The notes beneath the pieces were generated by a model. That model was given only the letters and a program-made list of their open reading frames with translations. It did not search any database and had not been told where the DNA came from. Below, piece after piece: positions 27,368-41,210 of a stretch of 64,000 nucleotides of DNA; position 1 is the stretch's first letter, and every line of letters begins with the position of its first letter. The position numbers and the translations under genes were made by a program. Source of the stretch: Daphnia carinata (Eukaryota); NCBI RefSeq assembly GCF_022539665.2, contig NC_081333.1:7316001-7380000 (forward strand), written 5' to 3'.

Positions 27368-28379
27368 TTAACCGTTTTTCACACGATTTTCAATATTTGA
27401 TATCTCCTTGATTATGTTACTTCGAGCTTGTGCATCGTAACGGCTCCGGAATTCTTCAGTGGCGTATATGTTAGGTATTTGAAGAAAGGATCTCAACACC
27501 TGCGATCAACATAAAATTAGAGATAAAATTACCTTCTACACACCCGAAATTCCATATTTTTAAGCACACTGGAGTAACGTCCATTTCCTTAGTGCTTAAT
27601 AAAATTATTTCTTCCATAAATGCAAAGCTATTGCTCATACCTTTAGCCGCAATTCAAAGTAGTCATCGTCAGAGGTGCATCCATATTCATTTCTCATCAT
27701 GGCCAAGGTGTCGGCATATTCGCTCGAAGAACTACCTAACGTGGCCATCTCGATGTCTAGGAAGTAGTGTACGTCACTCGTGCCTGTCGCATTAGGCGTT
27801 AAATGAACAGGAGTTGAGTTTATAAGTGCAGCTTCTATTAATTTTCTTAAGTCACTGACTAATTCAGGAACCTGAAACGAGAAAAGGGCGTAAATGTAGA
27901 ACGGTCTGTCATGGAGCATTGACAACTAGAATACAAACTACCGCGTGCTCTGCATCCATTATGAATTCTTCGAGGGTTGCCAGAGTAAGTTCCTCTGATA
28001 TACCAGGAAGGCGTGGGTCGTAATGCAAGCTTAAATAGTACAAGTAAAAACAGATTCAATCCAGACGAAAATTAGATTAATTCTCATGAACTCGTAAAGA
28101 GTTATCCGTGCAAGAAATGGTATGCCACTTGATGTATTTAATATATTTATGATGAACTTACTGCTGAAGAAACATGGCTAAAGCTACAGCAGTTGGATTA
28201 GAAAGCCGGTGAAGGATTTCGTCAAACAATACGAAACGCTTCTCTAAGTTTTCCAGGTTGTAATAGTGCCTCCGCCCTTCGTCGCCAGTGAGCGCTAGAC
28301 AAATCCGATTCCACCATTTTTCTCTCACGCTCGGTGAAGATATCAATTTTTCTGTCAGCTGGTTCCATCGGTTCTCCAT
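27368..28379 (-). CDS. HD-superfamily (COG4339-like) protein with degenerate metal ligands, 4 exons
   Basis: Spliced product: [77 protein letters not shown]. Exons ~28162-28379, 27942-28029, 27641-27871, 27368-27499. Confidence 0.75.
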
Positions 28380-28529
28380 TTTTTTTTTCTCAATTGTCAC
28401 AAATTCACGTTTTTCAAAAAGCCTATTGAAGACCACCAAGTAAATTTTGTTTGTACAGGGGATGGTCAGAGAGAAAAGCAATGTTTGGAAGACACTCAAC
28501 TCTGCACCTTCCTCTCAGCATTACAAGCC

Positions 28530-31500
28530 GATAAAATATTGTGCGGCGGCGCAGAACTTCCCGTGTCTAATCGATATTTTAGAGCCGGATAATTTTTTAT
28601 AATGTAAGTTCACAAGCTTGTGCGAGGATAAACAGAATCAATAGCCGGGGAAACAGCAACATTTTTATTTCGTTTATTTGAAAATGGGCTAAATTAATGA
28701 AAAAACTAATGGTAGCTTTGAAATCAGCGTTAAATTTTTAGTATAATCTGTAATTTTTAATGAATTCTAAGAGGTTTACCTTTTTGCAGATTTTGACGAA
28801 AGTGGAAAGGGTATTGCCTTCCCACTTTTTCATTCTTAGCTAAATTGTAGATATCGCTTAATGCGCGTGATTTCCATTCAAAATAAAGCGAAGTTCATAA
28901 AAAACTATTTAGTTTTTCGCTTGGGACAATAGTTCTTGAAATAAATGCAAAAAACCGTTAAAACAATGATAATGGCGCGCCAGCAGCCCTTTAGTTCCGT
29001 CCATTTCAAAATCTGTCTCATTTATTCAAAAATAAGATAACTATCAAGGACACTAATATTTTATTTAAAAGCTTCGTTCTGTTTAGGTTTTGTGTAACTG
29101 AATTCCAAATAAAACTATTAACACCAATTTTTTCTCTGAAATCTGGGTTTTGAAAATAAACCCGACAAAATAATCCCGACAAAATTAGCCCGACTTTTTC
29201 ATAAAAACGTCTTATCAAACTACTAGTGAAAAAAAAACTAATGATTGCTTTGAAATCAGTGTTTAATTCTGAGTATAGTGTTCGTTTTTTATCGACTTCA
29301 AAGAGATTTGCATTTTTGTAGATTTTGACGAAATTGGAAAGGGTATAGCCTTCCTACTTTTGTCAAAATCGGCCAAAACCGACATTTCTTGGAATTAAAT
29401 GAAACTCACACAGTATAATGAACATTGAACGCTGATTTCAGTTCAGCTATTGGTTTTCCCTTTAAATGAACCGTTTAAAAAATACACCGAATATTTGTGC
29501 TGCAGCGCGTTAGCGCTCCAAAACAGTTGAATGGTGCGTTGATTTGAATAACTAAAAAACTATGTAACTTAGATTAAAATAAAGATTATTTTCTTCAGCC
29601 TTAGTCAATTTCGAACCTAATTCATGCATAATTTGCCATAGTTAAGATAATTTAAAGAAGATAATTGTAATCAAACACGCTTTTCTCAACGCCAATCTAC
29701 TTTAACTTGAATAATTCGAAAACTATGTAACCTAGATTTTAAAAAAGGTTGTTTTCTTCATCCTTAATTGATTCCAAACCTAATTCATGCATAATGTGAC
29801 ATAGTTAAGTTAATATAAAGAAGTTAATTGAAATCAAACACGGTTTTCTTTAAAGCAAATCTACTTTAACTTGAATAATTGAAAAACTATGTAAGTTAGA
29901 TTAAAATAAATGTTATTTTCTTCATTATTAATTAATTTTTAACATAATTCATGCATAATTTGCCATAGTTAAGATAATTTAAAGAAGTTAATTGGAATTA
30001 AACACGCTTTTCTTTAGAGAAAATCTTCTTTAGCTTGAATAACTCGAAAACTATGGAACCTAGATTTTTTTTAATGTTGTTTTCTTCATCCTTGATTGAT
30101 TCCAAACATAATTCATGCATAATTTGCCATAGTTAAGTTAATTTAAAAAAGTTAATAGAAATCAAACGCACTTTTCTTTTTAAAAAATCTACTTTAACTT
30201 GAATAACACAAAAACTATGTAATGTAGATTAAAATAAATGTTATTTTCATCATCCTTAATTAATTTCGAACATAATCACGCATAGTTATTACATAATTTG
30301 TCATAGTTAATTTAATTTAAAGAAGTTAATTGAAATCAAACGCGCTTTTCTTTAGAGAAAATCTACTTTAACTTGAATAACTCAAAAATTATGTAATTTA
30401 GATTAAAATAAATGTTATTTTCTTCATCCTTAATTAATGTCGAACATAATTCATGCATAATTTACCATAGTTAAGTTAATTTAAAGAAGTTAATTGAAAT
30501 CAAACGCGCATTTCTTTAAAAAAATCTACTTTAACTTGAATAACTAAAAAACTATGTAATTCAGATTAAAATAAATGTTATTTTCTTCATCCTTATCTTA
30601 ATTAACGTCGAACATAATTCATACATAATTTACCATAGTTAAGTTAATTTAAAGAAGTTAATTGAAATCAAACGCGCTTTTATTTAGAGAAAATCTACTT
30701 AAGGTTATTTTCTTCATCCTTAATTAATTTCAAACATAATTCACGCATAACGTGCCATAGTTTATATAATTTAATGAAAATAATTGAAAGCAAACGCGCT
30801 TTCAATCGGAAATTTGTGTTACATAGCGCTAGCGCTGTAGCGTACTGGATAGATATAGATATCGCTTATTGTGCGTGATTTCCATTCGAAATTAAGCGAA
30901 ATTCACAAAAAACTCATTAATTTTTCGCTTGGGAAAATAGTTCTTGAAATAAACGCAGAAAACCGATAAACAATGATGATGGCGCGCCAGTAGCCCTTTA
31001 GTTACATCCATTTCAAAATCGATCTATTTATTCAAAAATAAGATAACTATCAAGGAAACTAATATTTTATTTAAAACCTTCGTTCAATTCGGTTTACGTG
31101 TAATCAAATTCCAAATAAAAATATTAACACTAATTTTTTTCTCTTAAATATGGGTTTTGGAAATAAGCCCGACAAAATAAGCCCGACTTTTTTTCATAAA
31201 AACTTTTTATCAAACTACTAATAAAAAAACTAATGATTGCTTTGAAATCAGTGTTTAATTCTGAGTATATTGGGCGTTTTTTTATCGAATTCAAAGAGAT
31301 TTTCACTTTTGTAGATTTTGACGAAAGTGGGAAGGGTATAGCCTTCCCACTTTTTCAATTTTGGCTAAATTTTAAATATTGCTTAATATACATGATTTTG
31401 ATTCAAAATTAAGCGAAGTTCGCTAAAAATGGATTTATTTTTGACTTGGAATTATAATTCTTTAAATAAATTCAGAAGATCGATGAACATTGATGATGTC

Positions 31501-31900
31501 GCGCCAGCCACCAGCAGCAGTTCCGTCTTACGTCACGAAATTTTACCTCGTCTTTACTTTAAGGGCAAAGTTGGTGCCTTCGCGCTTTTTCATTTTTGGT
31601 TTAATTCTAGATATTGCTTTTAATACGTGTTTTCGATTCAAAATTAAACGAAATTCACGAAAAATTTTTATTTTTGTGCTCACAGTTTTTATAATGAATG
31701 TTGAAAACTGATGAACAATATGGAGCGCCATATACATATTATTCAGATTTAACATTTGACGGATCACGAAAATAGATTCATCCTTTTTACCTGAGATTCA
31801 CGGTTTTTCAGCTGTTTGAATTAACAAACATTTGCCTATTTTTGACTAAATACAACATTGTTCTAAATATATTGCTTAGATTCAAAATTGAACGACATTC
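28530..31900. mobile_element. AT-rich non-autonomous repeat complex: ~520-bp units, long imperfect hairpin, internal tandem array
   Basis: 28850-29370 is repeated at 30858-31380, with partial copies at 28700-28850 and from 31375. Inverted symmetry is centred on GGGTATAGCC at 29341. No credible ORF. Confidence 0.75.
29544..30805. repeat. Tandem array, ~164-bp unit, 7 to 8 copies
   Basis: The anchor TTGAATAA recurs at 29544, 29707, 29871, 30035, 30199, 30373 and 30536; the last copy is internally deleted. Confidence 0.95.
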
Positions 31901-32865
31901 ACGAAAGATTGTTTTTGCGTTGGACTTAGGTAGATTTTGAAGTGGATTTTTGAACTTTCATTCTTATTATCATATTGATCGGGAACTCTACAAAATCGAC
32001 TATGAACTCATTTCTTGAATTGGATAATTGTTGATGTATTCGACACACAACAAGAAATTTTGTAAACAGATCTCAGAATGAATTTTTCTTAAATGATAAA
32101 ATGCTTAATGACATAAGTATGTTAGCGCAGTAACTTTGTCCGCTAAAAATTACGATCGGTAGTATTTTATTTTCGATACTGTACAACGTTGACAACAAGA
32201 GCACAAAACGCTTTGCATCGAAAAGAAAGATTTAAATATTAACATAAGTTACAAATGTAAACGAACGGGAAAAGCAACAACGTCATATTTTTGTAACTCA
32301 TTTCGTTTTGAAAGGGAACCCCCTTCGGTGGAGGAAGAGGCGTGGGGGTTGTAAGGCACGTGCGTGCGTTATACACACGGATCAACATTAGGATTCAAAG
32401 CATTTCCTCTGAGAGAATAAAGAAAAGAAGCATGTAAACAAGTCAGTGGCAATTTAAAAAGGAAACGAAACTTAAAATTACGTCACGATCTAAATTCCGA
32501 ATTTATATACAAAATTTTGGTGAGCACGAATTGTTACGCTGAAACTAGTTTGGGGCTGGGGGGGGGGGGAGGAAACATAACAATGTTTGGCGCGTTGTTC
32601 ACTTAAAATTAAACATAATCGAAAAATATCTTTTAACGGATACCAGATAGGGAAATCTTATTTTTTTTTTAACATTCGGTTTCGATCGCCATTGATTTCT
32701 TTAATGGTCCAGAGATTTACAATTTCGTTAACTCCCTAGCAGAAGAGATTCGCTTATTGAAAAGAAAACAAAAGAAAACAAAAGAAAATGTCACAACCCC
32801 TTTCACACGCAGGCCCAAATGTGACCGGAATGATTCCACTCAATCAGGGCTTCTGATTCTGCCGT

Positions 32866-35800
32866 TTAAACCTCAACCCCCAACTCCAAGTCGTAATCAA
32901 ATTCCATTTTACGGTTTACATTTTCGGCAGTTGGCTCGGGCATTGGGTGGGTTTCTTGAGCAGTTTGGACTTTAGAAGAGACTGGTCGGGGCTTGAGTAA
33001 TTCCGCATGTCTACTATCAACGATGGGAGCCTGTTGCTGCAGCTTTTGTAGCTCGGCTAAGGTCAATCTTCGTGAATGAACATCTCCAGTTAAATGCTGC
33101 AATCGCTGAAGTTCGGCAAGCGTCAAATTCCTGACTTCATGACTCCTAAGCTGCGCTAATCTCTGCTCCGCGATTTGAGCACTAGTTAGACGAGGTTTTT
33201 GCCCGTCCTCTGCCGATTCGTTTTTTTGGCAATAGGAATCTCCAGTAGCTTTGAGGTCATCTTGGATTTTTGCATTTGTCAGATATGATTCTTCATCATC
33301 GTCGATGGGATGTGTAAGAAACGAAAACGAGGAATTGGGCTTGGTAAAGAAAGCCATTTTTTCTCTGGAAATGTGCAGAGTGATACGTTAGAAATGATTC
33401 TTGCGATTATCCGTTATTAATTACTTACTTAAACGATATGATATCCATTTGACCTTTTCCGGCCTTGCTCTTTCTTAGTCTGTAGATTTCTCGCGAGGTT
33501 CTTCGCACCAGCTTCTCTAATTTACGTTCTTCAACAGTTTTTTCTTCTTTTCTCTTCTCCGCCTAACGGAAATATAAACAATTAGCAAAAGGACTAAGGA
33601 AACCCTGTTCTAATAGATATATGCATACATGCTCCAGTAACGCTTGAAGACGGTCGTCTTCTGACAACCATGCAGGTAAATCTTGATTACCAAGGTACCG
33701 GGCCTCTTCTAGTCGTCGCTTCAACTCCCGAAGTTTGGATAATTCTTCTTGCAGTTCCTGTAAACGCTTATTTTGAGCTAACAAGTCCAGTTCCAAATCC
33801 ACTGATGTTCTCGGTGGTAAAGGAGCTGGATGGCGTGATTTTCGGTGCCTGGAACCTTTGCTAGAGGCGTCAGTTGTAACTGCGATTTCTTTTATAGGAA
33901 CGGCTTCTCCAAAAGAACTCAGTGCAGCAGCACTTGCGGCCAAAGAGCTTGCTCGCCAGCGAAGAGATCTCCTTTCGACCGAGTTCCGTTGGAAAGGTCC
34001 TCGACGATACAGAGGCATTGAGCTATCACTATCGCTGCGGTTCAATCGGCAAATATACTCGGCACGGCTAGCAGCGGCGCTCGGCGAGAAAGTTTGTGAG
34101 CGCTTGACTAAAATGGCTCGATGATGAATTCCATCTACTCCAAACGGCCTACGCAATACACCTCGATCAGGTTGAAATACGCATTCCGTGTTGGTACCTT
34201 TGTTGGCCACCTGGAACATGAGCGCAACTTAGCTTTCCATCTTTAATAAGGTATCAGAAAAAAATTCTAACCACCTGAACAGGTTCTACGGCATACACTC
34301 GTTCTTCTTCTTCTTCTTCTTCTTCTCCCTCTTCGTCTTCTTCTTCAATATCATGTACAGCCTGCTCCAGTGCTTGGTCGACGAGGTTTTCCTGGCTGAC
34401 ACTTTTTCCTCCTTCAGTTGCTTCTTCGTCTGTTGCACTATTTTCATCATCACTGTTTTCTTCATCTTCACTATCAGTTCCTTGTTCAACTATTTCCAGT
34501 TCAGACATTGGACCACCTATTAGAAGTAGTTAACTATTTAGCGGAATGTAAAGGCATCTTCATGTATTCGTGTCCTTACGTTGATTTCGAGTTAATGTTG
34601 AAGGCTGCGACGAGACGATTGTTGACTCATCACTACTTTCTTCCTTAAGCCCCGTCCCTGTTTCACTAGCTGCGCCAGACAGGGGATGGCTGTTAGAGGA
34701 GAGGCATCTAAGTGCCAATATATTATACCACTTGACGGAATTGGTATCGGGTCTAAAATCAGCCAGGGATACTTGGGCCCATCCCTACGAAAAGAGCTGT
34801 AAGTTTGTGATAGTTATTTAGCTATAAATTTTCACTCACCAAACACTCTTCATGGGAATCAGACGTGGCAGGCCGTGAGTACACGGAAATTTGCAACGTT
34901 TTGGTGTCAAGTTTCGTAGAAGCTACAGACAGGCGGAAGCTTTCGTCAAATACAGCTTGTGACAAATCAGTGATAGACCTTGTGCAACAGGACAATGCTG
35001 CTTCAACCGGGCAAGGGAGCAACGTAACCTTGATACATCTAAACCGTAAAATAACGGTAAAACATTAAGACTTATTTCCATAATTAATGAAAAAAAAAGC
35101 TTACACTTTGTGACCATTTTCAATTAGAAGAGCAGCTAAATTTCTCGCTCTTTCAATAGTAACATGCAGAAATTCATCTGCAAACGCGTATCTAGATATA
35201 ACAAGGGACCAAATTTTAATCAAATTGAAGTTGATCGGTGAAAAAGTCTCTGTACCTAAGACCAACTTTTACTTGAGCGGTTTCAAGGTGAGAGAGATTC
35301 GAAGACGAAGTTCTTCTGGACGAAGCGTCGAAAACTCCACTATCTCCCGTCACCGACTCACAACTGGCCGAAGCTGAAACGGTTCCGCAGTCCGTACCTT
35401 CACTGCCAGACATATTCACAAGTCCTTGAGCTTCCGGAATCGGCGACAGACCGCTTAAAACACCAGACTCATTCGACCGTTCCGAAGGTAATCGGTGTTT
35501 AAAAGCTGGGCCGTTGAACAGCAAATCAGATGAATTTGGTTCGTAACTAACTGCGCTCCCTTAAACATTACAAAATAGTTTTACTCGTTGGAAGTGAATA
35601 TTAATATTGAAGAATGATAAAGTTACCTGTTTGGTCGAAATTAATACAACTTAGTAAATTAGGCGGTGCAACCAGGTTAGCATAAATAGCTTCCTGTTCT
35701 GACGTTTGCATGGAAACAGAGTTGGAGCTAATATTATTGTTTTCGCGATTGGCAAGAAGGCGTTCCACGCGGCGATGTAAATCAGCCATGTTAACAACTG

Positions 35801-38198
35801 GTGTGCCAGACAATCCGCTATCTCCAGGCGTATTAACATGACCGGGCAAGGCCGCATTAGCCATCGCAGAGTATTGCGGGGGTCCGTATATGTCAGTGAA
35901 GGATAAAACAGATGACAGGGAGCCCTAGAAATAAAAAAAAAGCAATGATTAGATAAGATCTAGTTAGAAGTTTAATATCATAAGTACTTTAGAAGATGCG
36001 TGGCTCCTCGAAGAAGTCGAGAGGGATCCTAAACTGGAACTACTAGACATGCTCAACGTGCTGGCGGACAAAGAACGCAACTGTCCTTCCAAGAGTGCTA
36101 CGTTGCGCAAAGCTAGCCTCATCGACTGTAAAAGGATTTGTTTTTCTTCGTGGAGTTTAAGCCGGTCGGCAATGGTGCGATTGGAAGCTTCCAATGCTTG
36201 GCTGAGGTCTTTCTCGAGTCTCTGTATCTTGGTCCGAACAGACTCCATCTCAGTTTTGGAGCGTGACCTTGGTGCGATGCTGCGCAACTCACGCAGCAAT
36301 TGTTCCTTCTCTTGAATGAGGAGTAGTCGGTCTTTATCTGATTCACTCTGACCGGGAGCAATTCTATCTTCGAGTTCAGCCATTTTCTGCTGAAGGTATT
36401 GCAAGTGTTTTCTTGCTTCATCGTATTGCAGTCGTGTTCGGGCCATTTCAGCCAAACGTGTTCCAATTGGAGCCGATTCTCCTGTAAAATAGGGGATGAG
36501 GTGAAATGATTTTGGTGATATTTTTTACTTCTCCCTACCTGATAAATCTGTTTGAGAAGCCGTGCTAAATTTTTCCTGTGGTAGCGATAAGGTTGATAAA
36601 TCTGGTGACATATCGTTGTTCAGCGGCTTCAATCGGGTTAAGTCATCGCGTAACCGAGACAAGGATGCCATTAATTCTGCCTTTTCTTTCTCACCGCTTG
36701 ATAACGAGTGTTGAATGTTCCGTAGCTCAGTCATAATAGCCTGAGCTTCTTGCAACGTGTAACCACAAGGCAGACTTGACAATTTGGTCTCCGCTCTGAT
36801 GTTAACATTTAAATAAAATAAAATAAAAATGTAAATAAAAATAAAAATCAATAAATAACAAAATACAATATTAAATTTAATTAATTTAGAACTGGTGTTT
36901 CAATTGACAAACAACAGGGCAAAATGTTTCTCTTTCAATAATTTTACTTACTGTGCGAGCATGTCGATACCACGTTGCTGATAAGCGAATTCTGCTCTGG
37001 CAACATCTAAATCTCGACGTAACCGGGCCACTCTATTTTTAGCCAAAGCCACATCGGCTTTTAATAAATCGGGATCAAACTTTGTGCTCGATCCACTGCT
37101 AGTTGAATTTACTGTGAAAAATAAATGTATATTAGTTTACTTAAGTACCGCAAAAAAAAAAATGGACAATAAAACAAAATAAAACGAAACTTTCTAGCAG
37201 CCAGCTGTTTCGTCTTTGGAAAAAAATTACTTACAAGACGTTCGCGAAGCATCGAGTCCCGTATAGGCATGGCGTAATAAATGAAATTCATCTTGTGCAA
37301 TAGTTAATCTCTGCTGTTTAATATCCAAGATTTCTTTCTTGGCTTCTAGGTCTTCTTTGGCAGTTTGAAGATATTCTTTCAGCATGGCTTCTTGTATAGA
37401 TCTCCATTCTAATCGAGGATCTTCTAACTGATTGGTCTCTGAATAGGGAATAAAAGATTACTGCACTAGATGTTCTTTTCAACTATGCCAATAGTGTTAC
37501 TTACGGGTTATATGGTTGGTATAGAATGGTCCAACTTGAGAATCATAGGCTTCTTCCCAACCCAAAGGTAATTCATTTCCAACACAGTCTGCAAATGTTT
37601 GTGGCTTTACCAACCTGAATGAACCAAAATAAGAAAACAAAAACAAGAAATGCAGACAAAAAATTATTACGAATGAATGTTTGGCAATAAACGCAACAAA
37701 ATTTATAATCAAATTTCAAAATCCGAAAGCCTTCTTGTAATTGAATTGGTAAAAATTATATATGTTCTAATTTGAGTCAACTTAACTCAAATTTCACGAA
37801 AGTCATTAGGATTATTAGTGAGTTTATGTAAATTTATAACAGTGTACTATATTTTTTCGACAAAACAAAGGATGCAATAGCGTAGCTCAGAAATAAATCT
37901 ATGATATGTGTCAAAGTCAGTATTAGGAAAGAAGCAATCAAACCACATGAAATGCTGTGCATGGGTTGACAGCCATATTAGCATTCCAAAATCGACAACA
38001 GGTCTCACCATCATTTGATGGATGTGAACAAGTAGTACAATTGTTATTATAAAGTGTTCAAATGTTAACAAACCTGTCTCGAGGATCGACCCAAGTTGTT
38101 TTCTTGCTGTTGTGATCAATAAAATACACTTTGCCATCGTAATCTCGACCAAGCTCCCATCCTTGAGGCAAAGGGATCTCACCATTACGCTTGGACAT
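32866..38198 (-). CDS. kibra: Kibra/WWC Hippo pathway scaffold: two WW domains, coiled coils, C2 domain
   Basis: [97 protein letters not shown]-terminal GVEV. Confidence 0.97.
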
Positions 38199-40464
38199 GT
38201 CGATGGCAATATTTCCCACAAAAGTACAACAAAGAACAGAATAAAACTCATTCACTAATACATTCACAGTAAATTCGACGCTGTTTTTGCACTGAAATGT
38301 CGAACGTTAAAGCGGATTTCGGAGCTTGAGTCAAGACGTCGACGAGAGTTTCATTGTAGATAGCAGCGCCATTTTATTTTGTGACGTCATTGGAATGCGA
38401 CCCATTATCATAACACAACATTTTTCTTCGGGGTTTTTAAGTTCGCGTTACACAGAATTTGCAATAAAATCCAATAAGTAATCACCGTGACTCAATGATA
38501 TGCTATTGGAGAACAATTTTCACAACACTTTTGGGGCAAAAGATGAACCTGACATTTGAAATTTCTAAGTTATGCCAGAACACCAATTCAGATGGGACTG
38601 TGCGCATTCCTTGCTGGGAAAATTCTTTTCCTTCGAGTCCCCAAGGAGGTATATACAAGGGGCCTTGTAACCCTGGAACTCGACAATTTTGAAGCCCAAT
38701 AGTTCCCTCCTCCTACGGAAAAGCAGATGTCGTTGTTCTCAGCAATAAAAAGTATTTGGAAACGCAGAATTTTTTGCAATAATAACGCGCCCGTCGCCAA
38801 ATGTGAACTAAAATTTCAGTATTCAAATGATGTATGCCTTTGAAAATTAGAGCTCTTTGTTCCCTCTATCAGATGTAACTTTTGCCGCGTCAAACGTAAA
38901 TTTTTTTTTTTTTATACAAGTGGTGATAGCCCAATTAATTTCTGCTTAAAAATCAAATATTGGTGACGATAATTTTTCCTCGAGAAAAAATTTTGCATAG
39001 AGTTTACGGCAACAGGCCACTTAGTGAACAAGCTTTATGATCTTTTATGGAAACATTGTCAATGGCAAGACGCAAGAGCATTGCTCAATAGAGGCTCATA
39101 CAGGAATGTAAAGAATGTACATAACGAACTTTTTTTTCTCATTATAACTACAATAACGAAATGTTTTCAGCAAACGACTTCCCTCGTCAACGACAGGAAA
39201 ACCTGGCGGCTTGTAGTAGCAGAAAACACTTTAGTACTGTGTAAGAGAATATTGTGCTGGCAAATATCTGTAAGCATTTTTTGCAACATCATCGAAACGG
39301 AAATCATTTGAGATAACAAATTAGTTTCGCGAAAGTAATGGTCTTCTGCACGTACAGTATGTTGACGCTTTATCGAACTCATTCGTAGTCTTGAAGTCAA
39401 GGAACAAGGTGTGACTTTTGAAAGCTTACCAAAGGAAAACTGTTATATATTATGTTATACTTCTATATCTTCGTTAGATGTCAGAGACCAGTTTCTCTTT
39501 GAAAGAACTTCACGCTTACGGGGTAAAACAAATTAAGGAAACAGCTGAAATATCTTTTAAATTTTAATAGTGGCATTTTACATTTGTAAGAGCAATGTGC
39601 ACAAGGCTAGATTTTGTGCGTTGTATTCCATAAAACACACGCGATGTTAAAAAGAAGGCTGAGCTGGTAACTAAAAAGCTACCAGGCATTTTTTAATCGA
39701 CGTCGGAGTCGCAACCTGATAATCTACCTTTCCAAAAGTAAGTTGGAAAATGAGGGCCATTGAGCAGCTCTTGAGAAGAAAAAAAAAAGAATGGCAACAG
39801 TGGTGTAAACAGGTCGCTTTATGGACAAGGCCGCATCTCTGCGACGAGAAGAGCCAAATTCGCTAGTCATCCATCAAGTCCGAAAGGACCACGTAGCGGC
39901 AAGACAAGCAAGCTGTAAAGCGATTAGTAGTTTACCTTATTCTCTGAACTTCTCGCATTCTTTTATTCTGAAAACTGTTCGATGTTTGTTCATTTAGTAA
40001 GAGCAACTTGCTGTAGGCAGCTAAACTTAGCCATTTACGAGTTTTAATGTGGTAGACAGACAACAATATTTAACTATTGCCTAAAAAAACATTTATAGTT
40101 CGAAAAATAACCGCTACGTGACTCTACCTCCCTATCTTAAAATCAGTGTGATGGTTGGCATCGCGCGTGAAAAAAAAAATGCTGGCAACAGCTATGAATC
40201 CCAGCTGTCGTTATCAAACATTCGTATAAGGGATCCGGCCTGATTTACAAAGTAGGCCTTGTCTTTTTACCAGAAGTACTGTAATCTTGCACACGGTCGC
40301 TCTGCTTCGATTGCTCGTAAGTGATTTTAAAATAGCTTTACCGAATTTTTATTTTTCAAAATGCCCTTAGTAAATTTTCTGTACCTTAGCAGTTACATTT
40401 CTACTGCCCCCTATAACCTAAAATTCTTTATTTAAAAGGCTGCAAATCAGGAAAAAAAATCACC

Positions 40465-41166
40465 ATGGCGGACAACGCGCTGTACGATATTCTCGGTGTT
40501 CCCACCAAAGCCACCGATACCGAATTGAAAAAGGTATATTACTCATTGTAATCAGGAAAATCCCATTTAGTGTATGGAAATTTAAAAATATGTATTTGCA
40601 CTTGAAATCGTCGCCGTATTGATTTTCAGGGTCATGTCTTGGTATGTCCAAGAACAATGGCCACTTACCTAGTGCCTTTGCAAGCACAGCTGATTCATGG
40701 TAACCCCTTATCTTATCACTTAACAGGCCTACAGAAAGCTAGCAAAAGAGTTTCACCCAGACAAGAATCCTGAGGCAGGAGAGAAATTCAAAGAGATCTC
40801 ATTTGCCTATGAAGTACTCTCTGATCCCAAGAAGAGGGAAATTTATGACAGACATGGACTGAAAGGATTACAAGAAGGAGTTCACGAACATGGTGGTTTT
40901 GGAGCAGATGACATTTTATCCCATTTCTTTGGTGGAGGTTTGTTTGGAGGCATGGGTGGTGGTGGACGAAGAAAGACACGTCAGAGAGGTGAAGACACTG
41001 TTCACCCTCTAAAGTAAGACTTATCAGTCAAATATTTTATGACTATTTAACATCCTTTATTTTTTAGGGTCACTTTGGAAGATTTGTATAATGGGAAGAC
41101 TTCCAAGCTCCAGTTGAGCAAAAATGTTATTTGTTCTGTTTGTAGTGGGTATGTAAAGTTATGTAA

Positions 41167-41210
<44 letters not shown>

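Noticed and set aside
29544..30805. Tandem array as a CRISPR-like locus
   Set aside because: Whole units repeat with no unique spacers, and the context is eukaryotic.
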